From Nemertoderma westbladi (taxonomy: Eukaryota > Animalia > Xenacoelomorpha), in assembly GCA_032718475.1 (NCBI GenBank), contig JAUCBJ010003086.1, forward strand, positions 1 through 64,000: a DNA stretch of 64,000 nucleotides, written 5' to 3'. This document shows positions 63,101-64,000 of the stretch, in pieces (the stretch's first letter is position 1; every line of letters starts with the position of its first letter). The notes below the pieces were generated by a model. It searched no databases and had not been told where the DNA came from. It was given only the letters and a program-made list of their open reading frames with translations. The translations under genes and the position numbers were made by a program.

Positions 63101-64000
63101 AACTGTTTTAGTTTACAGCTCCCTTCACTATAACTGTTTTAGTTCCCAGCTCCCGTCTCTATAACTGTTTTAGTTCCCAGCTCCCGTCTCTCTAACTGTT
63201 TTAGTTCCCAGCTCCCGTCTCTATAACTGTTTTAGTTCCCAGCTCCCTTCTCTGTAACTGTTTCAGTTCCCATCTCCTGTCTCTGTAAATATTTTAGTTC
63301 CCAGCTCCCGTCTCTCTAACTGTTTTAGTTCCCAGCTCCCGTCTCTCTAACTGTTTTAGTTCCCAGTTCCCGTCTCTATAACTGTTTTAGTTCCCAGCTC
63401 CCGTCTCTCTAACTGTTATGATCCCAGCTCCCGTCTCTGTAACTGTTTTCGTTCCCAACTCCCGTTTCTATAACTGTTTTAGTTCCCAGCTCCCGTCTCT
63501 GTAACTGTTTTCGTTCCCAACTCCCGTTTCTATAACTGTTTTAGTTCCCAGCTCCCGTCTCTGTAACTGTTTTAGTTCCCAGCTCCCGTCTCTATAACTG
63601 TTTTAGTTCCCAGCTCCCGTCTCTCTAACTGTTATGTTCCCAGCTCCCGTCTCTGTAACTGTTTTTTCCCAGCTCCCGTCTCTATAACTGTTTTAGTTCC
63701 CAGCTTTCGTCTCTCTATCTGTTTTAGTTCCCAGCTCCCGTCTCTATAACTGTTTTAGTTCCCAGCTCCCGTCTCTATAACTGTTTTAGTTCCCAGCTCC
63801 CGTCTCTATAACTGTTTTAGTTCCCAGCTCCCGTCTCTCTAACTGTTTTAGTTCCCAGCTCCCGTCTCTATAACTGTTTTAGTTCCCAGCTCCCGTCTCT
63901 ATAACTGTTTTAGTTCCCAGCTCCCGTCTCTCTAACTGTTATTTTCCCAGCTCCCGTCTCTATAACTGTTTTAGTTCCCAGCTCCCGTCTCTCTAACTGT
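51184..64000 (+). repeat. 31-bp satellite (taactgttttagttcccagctcccgtctcta), >400 copies, runs off the window end, inside a CFAP70 intron
   Basis: Period 31 (51241 vs 51272); begins ~80 bp after the 51104 donor; recurring variant blocks. Confidence 0.95.

Overview
Eukaryotic (metazoan, probably invertebrate) genomic DNA: AT-rich, GT-AG introns, many tandem repeats and transposons, no prokaryotic features. Recognisable genes are a complete 3-exon cohesin SA/STAG (SCC3) gene (-), an intronless RING-box protein 2 (RNF7/RBX2, +), an inverted-duplicated cluster of intronless class-V PLP C-S lyases (Egt2/LCD/CefD-like; three intact copies, one pseudogene), an N-terminally extended ATP synthase subunit g (-), a small CG13380-like Cys/His protein (-), and three exons of the C-terminal TPR region of CFAP70/TTC18 (+). 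The most striking pattern is that tandem arrays appear to be amplified exon-intron junctions. A 41-bp unit carrying the STAG exon-2 donor CAG|GTGAGT is repeated about 49 times (directly visible). A 32-bp unit carrying CAG|GTTAGT fills the window start, and a >12.8-kb 31-bp array carrying (C)TAAC..TTTTAG| begins where the next CFAP70 acceptor is expected (both inferred). If the first array is the donor of the previous CFAP70 exon, whose phase matches, most genes here are nested in one CFAP70 intron of at least 45 kb. Nested transposons with clean target-site duplications (hAT-like, CMC-like, solo LTR, LINEs) and several foldback elements are also present.
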